The position numbers and the translations under genes are program-made. From Octopus vulgaris (Eukaryota): a stretch of 64,000 bases of DNA. Shown piece by piece: positions 63,041 to 64,000 of the stretch (position 1 is the stretch's first letter; the number at the start of each line of letters is the position of its first letter). The notes beneath the pieces were generated by a model. The model searched no databases. It saw nothing but the letters and a program-made list of their open reading frames with translations, and was not told where the DNA came from. The DNA lies in NCBI GenBank assembly GCA_951406725.2, contig OX597827.1, positions 80,228,001 through 80,292,000 of the forward strand, written 5' to 3'.

Positions 63041-63518
63041 TTCTTTATAAGATCTTTATAATTAGTTTGGAAGACTAACATTCCTAAATCCATTAATGTT
63101 TCAACTTTCACAATCACATTTTCAAAATAAGTGATGCCATTAGACCCCAGAACAAATATAGAAATTTCAGTGTAAGCATGAAACTTGTGAACTCCCTTAT
63201 TCAAACTGTTATGTTAGAACACCAACTTTTTTATCAGCTCACAATGCATTTTCAGCAAGGAGCAGTCATAATTGATTTTAATGAAATTCTCAAAGTGAAA
63301 TTGGATAGAAAAACACTAATTGAGAGACCAGAAATTTTACCTGGAATTCCACAAAAAAAATAAGAATAACTATGGAAGCTTAAATTAAACTTAAATTGAA
63401 CAATAAAAAATATATACATTATTTACATTTGACGGATATTTGTCAGGTGTCGTGGGGAAATTTCAAACCTGGGTTCTCGTTCCTAAGGTATTTTTCGATG
63501 TTGTTGTTGTTGTTATTA

Positions 63519-63563
<45 letters not shown>

Positions 63564-64000
63564 TCACTGCCTGGAATCAAACTCGTAATCTTGGGTTTAG
63601 TAGCCCGTCAAATGTAAATAATGTAAACAATGTACATAATTCCTCATCTCTTAAATATAGAACTGTAAAAAATATATGAAATCTATTTGGACTTTCTGTT
63701 TTATAATTCTAAATTTGGTGCCGAGGATTTTGCCTGTTATTAACTCAATCTCAGGAATTAACATTGTATAATTTTAAATCTGGTGTTACTGATTTTCTCA
63801 GTTTCAAAATTATCCCAGAACTTATGAACAACCATTAACAGCTTCTCTGTCTTCTGAAAATGGGATTGCAAAACGTTTATAAACCAATGGGTTCAGGTAC
63901 ATTATTTCTTCTTAATTAAGCATAAAAGACTAATAAGGAAATATAAAAAATCCTTAATGAAAAGATCATAGTTGCAATTTTAATGACACACATCATCATC

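Overview
AT-rich, repeat-dense animal genomic DNA, very probably an octopus (coleoid cephalopod). This is inferred from the protocadherin type, the tRNA-derived SINE families, the RTE/CR1/R4/Penelope LINE mix and the microsatellite load. The only host gene I can support is a minus-strand protocadherin. A large exon (35279-33009) encodes the signal peptide, six cadherin repeats, the TM helix and the start of the tail. It ends at a perfect GTAAGT donor and splices in frame to a second coding exon absent from the ORF track (28395-28234, 53 aa, ending ...HHYEELPETLGNLIH*), giving about 810 aa. Candidate non-coding 5' exons lie at about 38.35 kb and 56.7 kb. The rest is decayed transposons (RTE, CR1, R4-like RLE LINEs, L1/Tx1, Penelope, Gypsy, mariner, Helitrons, Merlin-like MITEs), SINEs and simple repeats; most short ORFs in the track are repeat artefacts. 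The most notable non-coding signal is four hammerhead-ribozyme motifs of the Penelope/retrozyme type. One has a compensatory G3-C8 core swap and sits sense-strand in the protocadherin's last intron. There are also several long inverted repeats that could form dsRNA in the pre-mRNA. All structures were read by eye, and repeat boundaries are approximate unless stated otherwise.
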